A stretch of 64,000 bases of DNA from Chloroflexota bacterium (GCA_037444365.1 JBBIMO010000006.1:167-64166), one strand, 5' to 3'; positions 10,066-21,639 are shown, numbered from the stretch's first letter. The notes: a model not told the origin generated them from the sequence alone. Made by a program: numbers and translations.

Positions 10066-10447
10066 TTTCACCCTCCGTCCCAAGTTTAGTCAGTCACGGT
10101 AGCCTTGTCAAAAGCTTCAGGCAGCAGAGAGCAATCCTGCACACTAATACTCAGTGAGACATGGGTATAGGTAGAGAATACCTCCGCGCAAGCAAGGAAA
10201 TGCCGCTCACCAGCAGACGGCAACACGCAGACGGACTTCCGGAATCTTCTCGATACCTCAGAGGCAACCTACCTTGCCCCTTGTGCCCGCTGTAACAACA
10301 AGCACCGGCCAGGTTCACAACCAGACCACACCCCCGCATAGGCATTGTGATGATTCTTCTTTTGTTTTAGTTAGCCAACTGCCAGCAACTGCGCCATGAG
10401 GTGATCAGGAACAGCTTCAGCAGACAATTAACTATCATTGACGCGTA

Positions 10448-11752
10448 GTGGCAGACAAAGTAGAATTTGCCGTTATGTACAACAAGGCTGTGCTTGACAA
10501 TGGCTTGAGGGTAATCACCAGTACGATGCCTCACAGCCGCTCAGTATGCCTTGCTATCCTGGTAGGATCCGGCTCCTGCCACGAGACTGAAAGGGAGGCG
10601 GGCATATCCCACTTCGTCGAGCATCTGCTTTTTAAGGGCACGCAGCGGCGACCAACAGCCAAGAACATAAGTGAGGATATCGAGGGCGTCGGTGGCATAA
10701 TCAATGGCGGCACTGATAAGGAGATAACTGTATATTGGTGCAAAGTCGCTAGTCCCCATTTCCCGATTGCCCTGGACGTGCTATCTGACATCTTGCTCAA
10801 CTCCCGTTTTGACAGCAAGGATATTGAACAGGAGCGCCATGTCATCATGGAGGAGATCAATATGAACCTCGACATCCCCCAGCAAAGGGTAGGCATGCTC
10901 ATAGACGAGCTGCTATGGCCAGAACAGCCGTTGGGGCGAGAAGTCACCGGATACAAGGAAACCGTGTCTTCCATAACGAGGGAGCACCTGCTAAGCTACG
11001 TTGCCCGTAGATATATGCCCAATAACACTGTGCTCAGCATCGCTGGCAACATCCAGCATGAAGAGTGCATGACTCAAATCAAGCCGCTGTTCGACAAGTG
11101 GGCCGCCGGTGAGTTGACGGCTCGCTACCTGACTAATGACAAGCAGACGGAGGCCAGAATTCGTGTCGAGCCCAAGGATATTGAGCAAGCTCATCTCTGC
11201 CTCGCTGTCCACGGCTTCTCCCATTCCCATCCCCAGCGTTTTGCTCTCGATCTACTTAGCACAGTGCTGGGGGCTGGCATGAGCAGCCGCCTGTTTACGG
11301 AGATACGAGAGAATCGAGGCCTGGCCTATGACATCCACACTTATACCGAGCACTTCCTCGACTCAGGGTCATTTGCCGTTTATGCCGGCGTTGACCCACA
11401 TAAGCTGGAAATCGCCCTCGCAGCTATCCTGGAACAACTATCTCAGATCAAACAGGGAATTACCGCGATGGAGCTTACCAGGGCCAAGGAGCTGTCAAAG
11501 GGAAGATCGTACTTGCGGTTTGAGGACAGCCAGCATGTTGCCTTATGGTACGGTGGGCAGGAGATATTGACTCGACAAATCCTGGACATAGACGATGTCA
11601 TTTCAATTGTGGATGCTATCACCATAGATGAACTAAAGGAAGTGGCGCGCCACATTCTGACCGAAGATAGACTGAATCTAGCCATAACGGGACCCGCCGG
11701 TCAAGGCAATCTCCCCGGAGAAGAACCTTTGAGACAATTGCTTAAGCTTTGA
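10448..11752 (+). CDS. M16-family (insulinase/pitrilysin-like) zinc peptidase
   Basis: It has the inverted zinc motif 'HFVEHLLFKG' and the downstream 'E' in 'VIMEEINM'. The start is uncertain: GTG at 10448 or ATG at 10475, neither with a clear RBS. Confidence 0.85.
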   Translation: MADKVEFAVMYNKAVLDNGLRVITSTMPHSRSVCLAILVGSGSCHETEREAGISHFVEHLLFKGTQRRPTAKNISEDIEGVGGIINGGTDKEITVYWCKVASPHFPIALDVLSDILLNSRFDSKDIEQERHVIMEEINMNLDIPQQRVGMLIDELLWPEQPLGREVTGYKETVSSITREHLLSYVARRYMPNNTVLSIAGNIQHEECMTQIKPLFDKWAAGELTARYLTNDKQTEARIRVEPKDIEQAHLCLAVHGFSHSHPQRFALDLLSTVLGAGMSSRLFTEIRENRGLAYDIHTYTEHFLDSGSFAVYAGVDPHKLEIALAAILEQLSQIKQGITAMELTRAKELSKGRSYLRFEDSQHVALWYGGQEILTRQILDIDDVISIVDAITIDELKEVARHILTEDRLNLAITGPAGQGNLPGEEPLRQLLKL

Positions 11753-11759
11753 TAGCAAT

Positions 11760-11789
11760 GGAGAGAGCCGCCTCACGGCGGCTCTCTCC
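11760..11789. terminator. Bidirectional intrinsic terminator between convergent M16 peptidase and groEL
   Basis: A perfect hairpin GGAGAGAGCCGCC-TCAC-GGCGGCTCTCTCC is followed by the T-rich 'attgttgttatgtgttgtt'. Confidence 0.7.
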
Positions 11790-11827
11790 ATTGTTGTTAT
11801 GTGTTGTTATGGCAACCGGCGCCAGTT

Positions 11828-13758
<1,931 letters not shown>

Positions 13759-13783
13759 ATTCCCTCCTTTCCTGAATATATTC

Positions 13784-13810
13784 TTAGCACTCGACCATTG
13801 AGATTGCTAA
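13784..13810 (-). promoter_or_regulatory. CIRCE operator (HrcA binding site) upstream of groES
   Basis: TTAGCACTC-N9-GATTGCTAA has one mismatch to the consensus TTAGCACTC-N9-GAGTGCTAA. It sits between the candidate -10 and the groES RBS. Confidence 0.8.
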
Positions 13811-13816
13811 ATTCCA

Positions 13817-13844
13817 ATTATATCATCAAAAACAAAAAAAGCAA
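13817..13844 (-). promoter_or_regulatory. Candidate sigma-70-type promoter of groES-groEL
   Basis: The minus strand reads TTGCTT-16 nt-TATAAT immediately upstream of CIRCE. Confidence 0.5.
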
Positions 13845-13873
13845 GAGCCTGCGGCCAGGATTTTGGGATTTTT

Positions 13874-13902
13874 TTGCACCGTTACACTAAACCGTGTATA
13901 AT
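13874..13902 (+). promoter_or_regulatory. Candidate promoter of the XRE-HTH gene (near-leaderless transcript)
   Basis: TTGCAC-17 nt-TATAAT, with the -10 ending only 8 nt before the ATG at 13911. There is no room for an SD sequence. Confidence 0.45.
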
Positions 13903-13910
13903 TGTAAGCG

Positions 13911-14177
13911 ATGGAGCCCGCCAAAAGAGCTAAGAGACAATGGAGCAAAGAAGAGGTCCGCGCCTTGAGGCAACATCTGAAGTTGACTCAAGCCAGACTG
14001 GCTGAGGAATTAGGCACGCGACAGCAGACAATCAGCGAATGGGAAACGGGGATGTATCGGCCCCGCGGAGCATCGGCTACCCTGCTCAGCATAGTTGCCG
14101 AGCGCAGTGGTTTCACCTACCGAGCACCCAACAATCTCGAGTGCTTGGCCGCAGAGAATCAGGATGAATCAAGGTGA
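13911..14177 (+). CDS. XRE-family helix-turn-helix transcriptional regulator
   Basis: 'LKLTQARLAEELGTRQQTISEWETG' is a classic HTH_3 core. Length is 88 aa. Confidence 0.75.
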   Translation: MEPAKRAKRQWSKEEVRALRQHLKLTQARLAEELGTRQQTISEWETGMYRPRGASATLLSIVAERSGFTYRAPNNLECLAAENQDESR

Positions 14178-15522
14178 AAGGGAACAAGTAGGTTTTTTGC
14201 CTATGATTACACGTAATCGGATAGGCTTCTCGGAGAAGCAGGCGGCTCTGATATGGCGGCAGCTGGCGACAAAGGAGCTGCTTTCCACAGGACACGGCCC
14301 ACTAGAAGTGGTCTATCCGGGACGGGCGGCCGGTGGCAATGGCCCCGATTTTCGGGATGCAGTCATTGCGCACAAACTGCACATGGCGAAGGGGGATGTC
14401 GAGGTTCACGTTAAATCCAGCCATTGGTATAGTCACGGGCACCATGCTGATGCTGCTTATAATGGTGTCATCCTTCATGTCGTAACGTGGCATGATTGTG
14501 ATTCCGCCACCTTACTGCAGAGCGGCCAGCCGGTTCCCGTGCTCTGTTTGGCCAGGGCATTGCGGCACCAGCCATACTTGCTGCCTCCCCAGCTACCCTG
14601 TTTTGAAATCCTGGGTCGCCTAGATGGGCAAACTCTGACGCGGACATTAGACGCTGCCGGTGAAGAAAGGTTCAGAGAGAAAGCCAGGTACTTCCAAGAC
14701 CAGGTGCAACGTGAGGAGCCAGGTCAGGTGCTCTTCCGGGGCATGATGAGGGCGCTGGGTTATGCCAGGAACACAAAACCATTTGAAGAACTTGCCGATA
14801 GAGTGCCCCTCAGCGCCCTTGAAGCCACAGAGGGCTTGGCTGTGAAGCAAGCCCTACTGCTAGGCAGAGCCGGCCTTTTGCCCTCCCAAAGACGACTAGG
14901 AAAGTCTCTCAGGGGAAGAGAGATCCAGGAATTGGAGCAAATATGGCGCTCAGAGGGCAGAGGCATTGAAGCCATGAAGGAGGACGACTGGAGCTTCTCA
15001 CACATATACCCCAACAATTCCCCGGTGCGCCGTCTTGTCGCCCAGAGCTACCTTCTCGAGCGTCACTGCGCAGAAAAACGGCTGGCAGGGATACTGCGGT
15101 TGGTGAAAGAGGCTTCTTTGGCCGCTGGGCACCGCGTGCTGGAGAAGGGCCTGACCGTGACTGCCGGTGGCTACTGGCAGCACCATTTCGATTTTGGTAT
15201 GAGAAGTAAGACAAAGATACCAGCTCTTCTGGGGAACAGCAAGGCACGGGAGATGATCATAAATGTGATACTGCCATTTGCCTTCTGCTGGGAAGAACGG
15301 ACCGATCAGCCGAAGCTAGGAGCGAATATCATGAAGCTTTACCACAATTATCCCAAACTGGCTGAGAATTGCCTGACGCGGCACATGAGGAACCAGTTTG
15401 GCTTAGAAGAACGCTTCGTCTTGAATGCCTGTCATCAGCAAGGCCTCATCCACATCTTCAGGAACTACTGCCGGGAGGGCAGATGTAGCCAATGTCACCT
15501 GGGCAGTCAAGCATCCCCCTGA
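14164..15522 (+). CDS. DUF2851-family protein
   Basis: 'GNGPDFRDAVI...GDVEVHVKSSHWYSHGHHADAAYNGVILHVV' matches my recollection of the DUF2851 N-terminal core. The start is set at ATG 14164, overlapping the HTH stop by 14 nt; ATG 14203 is an alternative. Confidence 0.6.
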   Translation: MNQGEREQVGFLPMITRNRIGFSEKQAALIWRQLATKELLSTGHGPLEVVYPGRAAGGNGPDFRDAVIAHKLHMAKGDVEVHVKSSHWYSHGHHADAAYNGVILHVVTWHDCDSATLLQSGQPVPVLCLARALRHQPYLLPPQLPCFEILGRLDGQTLTRTLDAAGEERFREKARYFQDQVQREEPGQVLFRGMMRALGYARNTKPFEELADRVPLSALEATEGLAVKQALLLGRAGLLPSQRRLGKSLRGREIQELEQIWRSEGRGIEAMKEDDWSFSHIYPNNSPVRRLVAQSYLLERHCAEKRLAGILRLVKEASLAAGHRVLEKGLTVTAGGYWQHHFDFGMRSKTKIPALLGNSKAREMIINVILPFAFCWEERTDQPKLGANIMKLYHNYPKLAENCLTRHMRNQFGLEERFVLNACHQQGLIHIFRNYCREGRCSQCHLGSQASP

Positions 15523-15938
15523 TGACTCTGTAGCCATGACAGATGTTATCAACCCACGGCAAGCCCTTTCGGTGTGAATAAACCGTCATCTTCTCCAACC
15601 CAAGTGGTAGTCCAAATAATCGTATACATCCAAGGGGCAAACGATGAGGAAAAATGCTCGCAATGGCCTGCGGTCGGGTAAGCAGGCTCGGTAGATAGTG
15701 ACAAATTCCCGGAAACGAGTTATCATATGGCCGAGGGGCAGTGGTCTATCAAGGAAAAGTAGAGAGATATGTTGCTTCCTTGACACGACACTCTACTGAA
15801 GGAGTAGTCGCCTCAGGGGTGTGCTTTTTCATTGTAGGCATACGGTGCGAGTTCATCCCTCGTACCGGCACCGGAATCGCCAAAGGGTCTCCACACGTGG
15901 AGATTCTTTGTTTTATGACATACAGAAGGGGGTAATGA

Positions 15939-17060
15939 ATGACTGACTTTGAAAAAACACTTGTGGAATTTCTGGAGTCCAGAGGATCATTCGAGCGGAT
16001 GGTCATCATGAATGATGCGAAAACAGGGCTTGAAGTTAGCATTGTCGTTCACAACACCACACTGGGTCCGGCTCTGGGCGGAACCAGATGGTATCCGTTT
16101 CCCACGAGAGTTGAAGCCCTTGTTGATAATCAGCGACTGGCAAGGGACATGACGTACAAGCTGGCTCTGGCTCTGGGCGAAGACACCGAAATGGCAAAGA
16201 GCGGCGCCGGTTTTGGGGGCGGCAAGGCGGTGATCAGAGGCCAGCCAACACAAGACAAGGACAGGAGAAAGGAACAACTGCGAGCTTATGCCGGAGTTGT
16301 GAACAGCCTGGCTGGCAAATTTGTTACTGCGGTTGACGTAGGGACTTCCGTTGAAGACATGATAACAATGAAGGAGGTGACGAAATGGGTGGCGGGGCTG
16401 CCCAAGGAAATGGGAGGGAGCGGAGACGCTTCACCGCACACAGCCTCTGGCGTCATCTGGGGACTCAAGGCCTACCTGGAGGCAGTGTTTGACAGTGACT
16501 CGTTGCGGGGCAGGACTGTCGCCATTCAAGGCGTTGCCGGCAAAGTGGGCAAGAACCTGGCCAGAGAGCTTGCCCGGGAGGGAGCAACACTTGTCGCTTC
16601 AGACATAAACCAGGCGGGCGCTGCGGAAATAGCGAAGGAGGTAGGCGCCAGGCTTGTGCCTCCCGACGAGATACACAACCAGAAATGCGACGTGTTTTCA
16701 CCCAATGCTCTGGGCGGGACCCTGAATGACGATACCATACCCAAACTGAAGTGCCGCATCACGTGCGGGGCAGCAAATAATCAACTATGGGAACCTGCCC
16801 GGCATGCGGAAATGCTCCATCGCAGAGGAATCCTTCACGCTCCCGAATTCTGGGTAAACGCCGGGGGTGTGATTAATGTCGTTCACGAGTTTCACCCCAA
16901 AGGATACTCCGAACAAAGGTCCGCAGCAGACATCAAGAGGATCTACGACCGGGGCAAGACGATAATAGACATTTCGCGAAAGGAGAACGTCCCCCCTTAC
17001 ACTATCGCTGTCAGGCTGGCTGAAGAAAGGATTCGCAAGGCTAGCAAAACAAGTCGTTAG
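15939..17060 (+). CDS. Leucine/valine/phenylalanine dehydrogenase-family amino-acid dehydrogenase
   Basis: It has 'LGPALGGTRWYP', the catalytic-Lys segment 'GFGGGKAVI' and the Rossmann motif 'VAIQGVAGKVG'. A strong RBS GAAGGGGG precedes the ATG. Confidence 0.85.
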   Translation: MTDFEKTLVEFLESRGSFERMVIMNDAKTGLEVSIVVHNTTLGPALGGTRWYPFPTRVEALVDNQRLARDMTYKLALALGEDTEMAKSGAGFGGGKAVIRGQPTQDKDRRKEQLRAYAGVVNSLAGKFVTAVDVGTSVEDMITMKEVTKWVAGLPKEMGGSGDASPHTASGVIWGLKAYLEAVFDSDSLRGRTVAIQGVAGKVGKNLARELAREGATLVASDINQAGAAEIAKEVGARLVPPDEIHNQKCDVFSPNALGGTLNDDTIPKLKCRITCGAANNQLWEPARHAEMLHRRGILHAPEFWVNAGGVINVVHEFHPKGYSEQRSAADIKRIYDRGKTIIDISRKENVPPYTIAVRLAEERIRKASKTSR

Positions 17061-17117
17061 GGACATGTGCCTGACTGGAATCCATAGCGTCGTTTCGCCT
17101 CTGCATAGGACGTACAC

Positions 17118-17351
17118 ATGCCAAAGGGAACCATAGTAGTTAGTCGAGAGCGGTGCAAGGGATGTGGACTGTGCATCGCCTTCTGTCCCGAGGATGTGCT
17201 GGCATATTCAGGTGAGCATAACCGAAGCGGGTACAACGTTGTTTGCCTGAAACAACCTGAACGCTGCATCGGATGCGCCTTCTGTGCCCAAACATGCCCT
17301 GACATAGCAATTGAAGTCTATCGAGAGAAGAAACCGCAGCATAGGAAGTGA
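17118..17351 (+). CDS. 2-oxoacid:ferredoxin oxidoreductase delta subunit (2x[4Fe-4S] ferredoxin)
   Basis: Two Cys motifs are present: 'CKGCGLCIAFCP' and 'CIGCAFCAQTCP'. Length is 77 aa. Confidence 0.8.
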   Translation: MPKGTIVVSRERCKGCGLCIAFCPEDVLAYSGEHNRSGYNVVCLKQPERCIGCAFCAQTCPDIAIEVYREKKPQHRK

Positions 17352-17370
17352 CATCATAGAAAAGCTTCTG

Positions 17371-18408
17371 ATGACAGGAAATGAGGCTATGGCTGAGGCG
17401 GCCATTTGCGCAGGCTGTCGCGCCTACTTCGGCTATCCCATCACCCCCCAGAACGAGCTACTTGAGTATATGTCAGCCCGTATGCCTGCGGTGGGCGGCG
17501 CGTTCGTCCAGGCAGAGAGCGAAGTGGCAGCAATCAACATGTGCTACGGAGCATCAGCAGCCGGCGTACGTACCATGACCTCGTCCTCTAGTCCCGGCAT
17601 AAGCCTCAAAATGGAGGGAATATCCTATCTTGCCGCTGCGGACCTCCCCTGCGTGGTGGTCAATGTGGCACGCGGTGGCCCCGGACTAGGCAACATAGCC
17701 CCATGTCAAGGTGATTACTTCCAGGCAACCAAGGGAGGAGGACACGGCGACTATCGCATGATCGTCCTCGGGCCCGCCACCATCGCGGAGGCGATTGAAC
17801 TGGTGACTCTGGGCTTCGACCTGGCAGATAAATACCGCGTTGCAGTGATGGTCCTGTCCGATGGCATGCTCGGCCAGATGATGGAGCCGGTTGTGCTTCC
17901 GGAACCGGTTGACCCCGCCTCACTACCCACCAAGCCCTGGGCTCTCACCGGTGCCAAGGGCCGCCATCCCAACGCAGTCACGAGTTTCGCCATGGATCCC
18001 GTAGATCTGAACCGGATCAATACCCAACGCCAGGGACGTTACCGTCAGATAGAAGAAAAGGAGACACGTTACCGGGAAACTGAGACCTCTGACGCTACTA
18101 TTGTCATAGTTGCCTATGGCACGGTGGCTCGAATCGCCAGAACGACGGTCAAAATGGCCAGAAGCCAAGGCATCAAGCTGGGACTGGTGCAACCTATTAC
18201 ACTGTGGCCCTTTCCATCCGCGGCACTGCGCTCGTTATCCAGCCGGGTCAATACCATCCTCACCGTGGAGCTGAGCGCAGGCCAGATGGTGGAGGATGTG
18301 CGCCTGGCAGTAGGCGACCGGGCAAAGACTCCATTCTACGGTCAGCTCGGCGGACTGGTGCCCACGCCAATGGACATCTTGAACGAGGTGAAACGTCATG
18401 TCAGTTAA
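17371..18408 (+). CDS. 2-oxoacid:ferredoxin oxidoreductase alpha subunit
   Basis: 'LMTGNEAMAEAAICAGCRAYFGYPITPQNE' and 'ESEVAAINMCYGASAAG' are typical of POR/VOR/KOR alpha subunits. The start is taken at the first ATG after the delta stop. Confidence 0.85.
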   Translation: MTGNEAMAEAAICAGCRAYFGYPITPQNELLEYMSARMPAVGGAFVQAESEVAAINMCYGASAAGVRTMTSSSSPGISLKMEGISYLAAADLPCVVVNVARGGPGLGNIAPCQGDYFQATKGGGHGDYRMIVLGPATIAEAIELVTLGFDLADKYRVAVMVLSDGMLGQMMEPVVLPEPVDPASLPTKPWALTGAKGRHPNAVTSFAMDPVDLNRINTQRQGRYRQIEEKETRYRETETSDATIVIVAYGTVARIARTTVKMARSQGIKLGLVQPITLWPFPSAALRSLSSRVNTILTVELSAGQMVEDVRLAVGDRAKTPFYGQLGGLVPTPMDILNEVKRHVS

Positions 18409-19156
18409 CACGGACGATATGGTCAGAGTGTTCGAGCGACCCCGCTGCCTCACCGATGCCCAGTTCACTTATTGCCCGGGTTGCCAGCATGGAATCGTGA
18501 CACGAATCATCGCTCAGACCATAGACGAGCTCGGCATCCAGGAACGCACCGTAGTCGTGGCTCCGGTCGGTTGTTCAGTCAGCATGTACGAATGGTTTCG
18601 CTGCGACGGAATACAGGCCGCCCATGGCCGGGCGTGTGCAGTTGCCACAGGTATCAAGCGAGTGAACCCGAACCTGATTGTTTTCACCTATCAGGGCGAC
18701 GGTGACCTGGCTGCCATCGGCACGGCGGAATCAATCCATGCTGCCAACCGCGGCGAGAATATCACCGTAATCTTCATCAACAATCAGATCTATGGAATGA
18801 CTGGAGGGCAGATGGCGCCCACCACCCTCATCGGGCAGCGCGCAACCAGTTGTCCCGACGGGAGGAGGGCTCAAGTCGCCGGCTATCCGATTCACTTCGC
18901 AGAGATGATCGCCCAACTCGAAGCCCCCGTCTACATCACCCGTCATGCGCTCTACGACCAGAAGCGAATTATGGCAGCAAGTCGGGCCATCAAGAAAGCC
19001 TTTCAATGCCAGATTGAGGGGAAAGGGTATTCGCTGGTGGAGATACTTACCAATTGCCCGACCAACTGGCATATGAGTCCCATTGACAGCAACAGCCACT
19101 TGATGAACGAAGTAGTCAAGGCATTCCCCCTTGGCGACCTTGTGGACAGAAGTTAG
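18398..19156 (+). CDS. 2-oxoacid:ferredoxin oxidoreductase beta subunit (TPP-binding)
   Basis: It has 'YCPGCQHG', 'GCS' and the TPP motif 'YQGDGDLAAIG...NNQIYGMTGGQ'. It overlaps the alpha stop. Confidence 0.85.
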   Translation: MSVNTDDMVRVFERPRCLTDAQFTYCPGCQHGIVTRIIAQTIDELGIQERTVVVAPVGCSVSMYEWFRCDGIQAAHGRACAVATGIKRVNPNLIVFTYQGDGDLAAIGTAESIHAANRGENITVIFINNQIYGMTGGQMAPTTLIGQRATSCPDGRRAQVAGYPIHFAEMIAQLEAPVYITRHALYDQKRIMAASRAIKKAFQCQIEGKGYSLVEILTNCPTNWHMSPIDSNSHLMNEVVKAFPLGDLVDRS

Positions 19157-19157
19157 C

Positions 19158-19694
19158 ATGGAGAAGTCATTTGTATTTGCTGGCTTCGGTGGACAGGGAG
19201 TCATCCTGGCAGGCAAGCTCCTCGCCCAGGCAGGCGCAGACTACGGACTGCAGGTAACCTGGCTTCCCTCCTACGGCCCGGAGATGAGAGGCGGCACTGC
19301 CAATTGCACCGTGGTTCTTTCCGATCAGCCAATCGGCTCGCCCGTGGTGGACAATCCGACCGTTCTGGTCGCCATGAACCTGCCCTCCTTCGACAGATTT
19401 GAGAAGACCGTGGCCAAGGCAGGCATCGTTTTGGTCAATTCCTCCCTTGTCGCCCGCCCCACAGAGCGAAACGACGTGCAAGTGCTGAGCGTGCCAGCAA
19501 ATGACATCGCCATGTCACTGGGCAACTCCCAGACAGCCAACATGGTGGCACTTGGCGCGGTCATCAAGGCTACGGGGATAATCTCGCTCGACCTCATGAA
19601 AAGCACGATGGTCAAGGCGCTCAGTCACAAGAGCCGTGCCAAGCTCATAGCATTGAACAAACAAGCGCTGGATGCAGGATACAACGCTGTCTAG
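19158..19694 (+). CDS. 2-oxoacid:ferredoxin oxidoreductase gamma subunit
   Basis: 'FAGFGGQGVILAGKLLAQA' and 'SYGPEMRGGTANCTVVLS' fit the gamma subunit. The ATG is 1 nt after the beta TAG. Confidence 0.85.
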   Translation: MEKSFVFAGFGGQGVILAGKLLAQAGADYGLQVTWLPSYGPEMRGGTANCTVVLSDQPIGSPVVDNPTVLVAMNLPSFDRFEKTVAKAGIVLVNSSLVARPTERNDVQVLSVPANDIAMSLGNSQTANMVALGAVIKATGIISLDLMKSTMVKALSHKSRAKLIALNKQALDAGYNAV

Positions 19695-19963
19695 AAACGC
19701 ATCCAGAAATCACACCGGGGCATTGAGACTGCGTGTTCTTCAGCAGAGTCTTCCCTGCCCAGGCGAAGAATCCTCAAGCGTCCTTGCTCGCCACGGCGGG
19801 TCTGACACAAACCAAAGCGCGAGTCATCCGCCAAAAGCTGTGCAAGTCGCGCCTCACGCTACTCAGAAAGGCTGTCTGGAAACTAAGCTGTCTGCAGTGC
19901 AAGCCGCCGAGAAAAGCTCTCGAGGTTGTGTATCGCCCCGTCCCGGGAACCGCAAGTTGGAGC

Positions 19964-20206
19964 TCAGAAGTCCTCGACCCAGCCAACAATCCCCGGTCCC
20001 GCGTTGGCGCAGGTGACGGCAAAGTCCTCGTGAGAAACACGGTCTGACTCCGAAATGTCACCCAGGATGGCAACAGACTTTTGCCCCTTCATTATCGCCT
20101 TCTGGATTGCCACGGTAAGAGTGGCGACATCATCATAGAGGTGTTTCGTTTCTGTCTCCAATTTCCTGCTCCCTGAACTAGCTATCATGTTGAATAATGT
20201 TAACAA
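19964..20206 (-). CDS. Small hypothetical ORF (80 aa), possibly a gene remnant
   Basis: It is the only sizeable ORF in a 735-nt poorly coding gap, with no clear RBS. It has a weak, gap-requiring resemblance to the SpeH-type AdoMet decarboxylase core ('DISES', 'AVTCAN'), which I do not trust. Confidence 0.25.
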   Translation of the reverse strand: MLTLFNMIASSGSRKLETETKHLYDDVATLTVAIQKAIMKGQKSVAILGDISESDRVSHEDFAVTCANAGPGIVGWVEDF

Positions 20207-20429
20207 TAGCTACATAGGCTGTCTATCACCAAGAAGTCCCACACCTGGACACTGAACTCCTCCGCCTATAGCCCAAAAGTACCAAAGAAATGAAAATTCC
20301 ACATTCCAACCACTAGATACCAGCCAAATTCAAAAACCAACAGAAAAAAGAAAACGACAGGTCAAAACTCTTCACATTTGTTGTGTCATTTTGCACTTAT
20401 GCTCTTGGTTCTTTGCCTTTGAAGGGGGG

Positions 20430-21434
20430 TTAACCGAGGCTGAGGCTGGGCACTACATCCAGGTCATATCCGCTTGCCTGGCCATCCCGTAGACGATAAT
20501 AGCCACAAGCAGCCACCATAGCAGCGTTGTCGGTACATAAGTCAGGAGGAGGAACAAGAACCATCACCGGGGAGTTGGCCAGGAATTGCTCCCTTAACAT
20601 TCTGTTAGCTGCCACCCCACCACTCAGCACAATCTGCTCCACCTTCAGTTGCCTGGCAGCCACGATTGTTTTGGTCACCAGCACATCGACTACAGCTAAC
20701 TGAAAACTGGCCGCGGCATCCGCGGCTGAGAACCCTCCCTGGTGCACAAGATGCCACAGAGCGGTTTTCAAGCCACTGAAGCTGAAATCATGGCTGTCCT
20801 TGAGCCAGGCCCGTGGAAGCGCCAAACAAGGGATCCCAGAGCTAGCTGCCCGTTCGACAGCCGGACCCCCGGGGTAGCCCAAGCCCAGGATTCTGGCCGC
20901 TTTGTCAAAAGCTTCACCAGCAGCGTCGTCACGAGTGCGCCCCAATCTCTCGAACCCTCCGTGCCCCCTCATCAGCATTAAGTCACTATGTCCTCCAGAG
21001 ACGATGAGACAGAGGCAGGGGAATTTCACCTCAGAACCCACTCCCACTATCCCGGCTCCCGTCAAGGGAGAGGAGTCAAGCCAGTTGGCATAAACATGTG
21101 CCTCCAGATGGTTGACCCCGACAAGGGGCAATCCTGTTGCTAAAGCAATTGCCTTGGCAACGTTGACGCCGACCAGCAGTGACCCGGCCAACCCCGGGCC
21201 AAAGGTCACAGCAATGCCATCGATATCCTGCCAGGAGATTCCAGTCATTGCCCGGCTGATGACCGGGATGATAGTAAGGAGATGCTGCCGCGAGGCAACC
21301 TCGGGCACTACGCCACCATAGCGAGCGTGAATATCTATCTGTGAGGCGACAACGTTGGAGATGACCCGTCTGCCATCCTCCACTATAGCAGCGGCAGTTT
21401 CGTCGCAGGACGTTTCAATGCCCAGAATTCTCAC
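20430..21434 (-). CDS. tsaD: tRNA N6-adenosine threonylcarbamoyltransferase
   Basis: '[16 protein letters not shown]', '[12 protein letters not shown]' (metal-binding His pair) and 'SGGVAAN' identify the Kae1/TsaD family. Confidence 0.92.
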   Translation of the reverse strand: MRILGIETSCDETAAAIVEDGRRVISNVVASQIDIHARYGGVVPEVASRQHLLTIIPVISRAMTGISWQDIDGIAVTFGPGLAGSLLVGVNVAKAIALATGLPLVGVNHLEAHVYANWLDSSPLTGAGIVGVGSEVKFPCLCLIVSGGHSDLMLMRGHGGFERLGRTRDDAAGEAFDKAARILGLGYPGGPAVERAASSGIPCLALPRAWLKDSHDFSFSGLKTALWHLVHQGGFSAADAAASFQLAVVDVLVTKTIVAARQLKVEQIVLSGGVAANRMLREQFLANSPVMVLVPPPDLCTDNAAMVAACGYYRLRDGQASGYDLDVVPSLSLG

Positions 21435-21639
21435 GGCCTGCTAACTTTATAGCAATCCCCGGCATAATGCCAACCCTTGATTCTGAATTGACGTTGCAGG
21501 CAAAACAACAGCAAACAGGCCCTCAGCCACGAGATACAAACAACCCAACTACCACCCCTTACCTCAAGTAGCTAAGGGCCTGTATAAGGCATCCGAAGCC
21601 TATGCTGTGTCAGAACTTGATAACGTTTCTTGCCTGGTA

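Noticed and set aside
20371-20430. Short similarity between the tsaD-downstream spacer ('ttttgcacttatgctcttggttc') and the hdrA-mvhD spacer at 23661-23715 ('ctttgcacatttgtgctttggc...taatgcttggtatc'). This might be a repeated intergenic motif.
   Set aside because: There are only two copies, about 15 matching nt with gaps, and both regions are AT-rich. That is too weak to call a repeat family without a genome-wide count.
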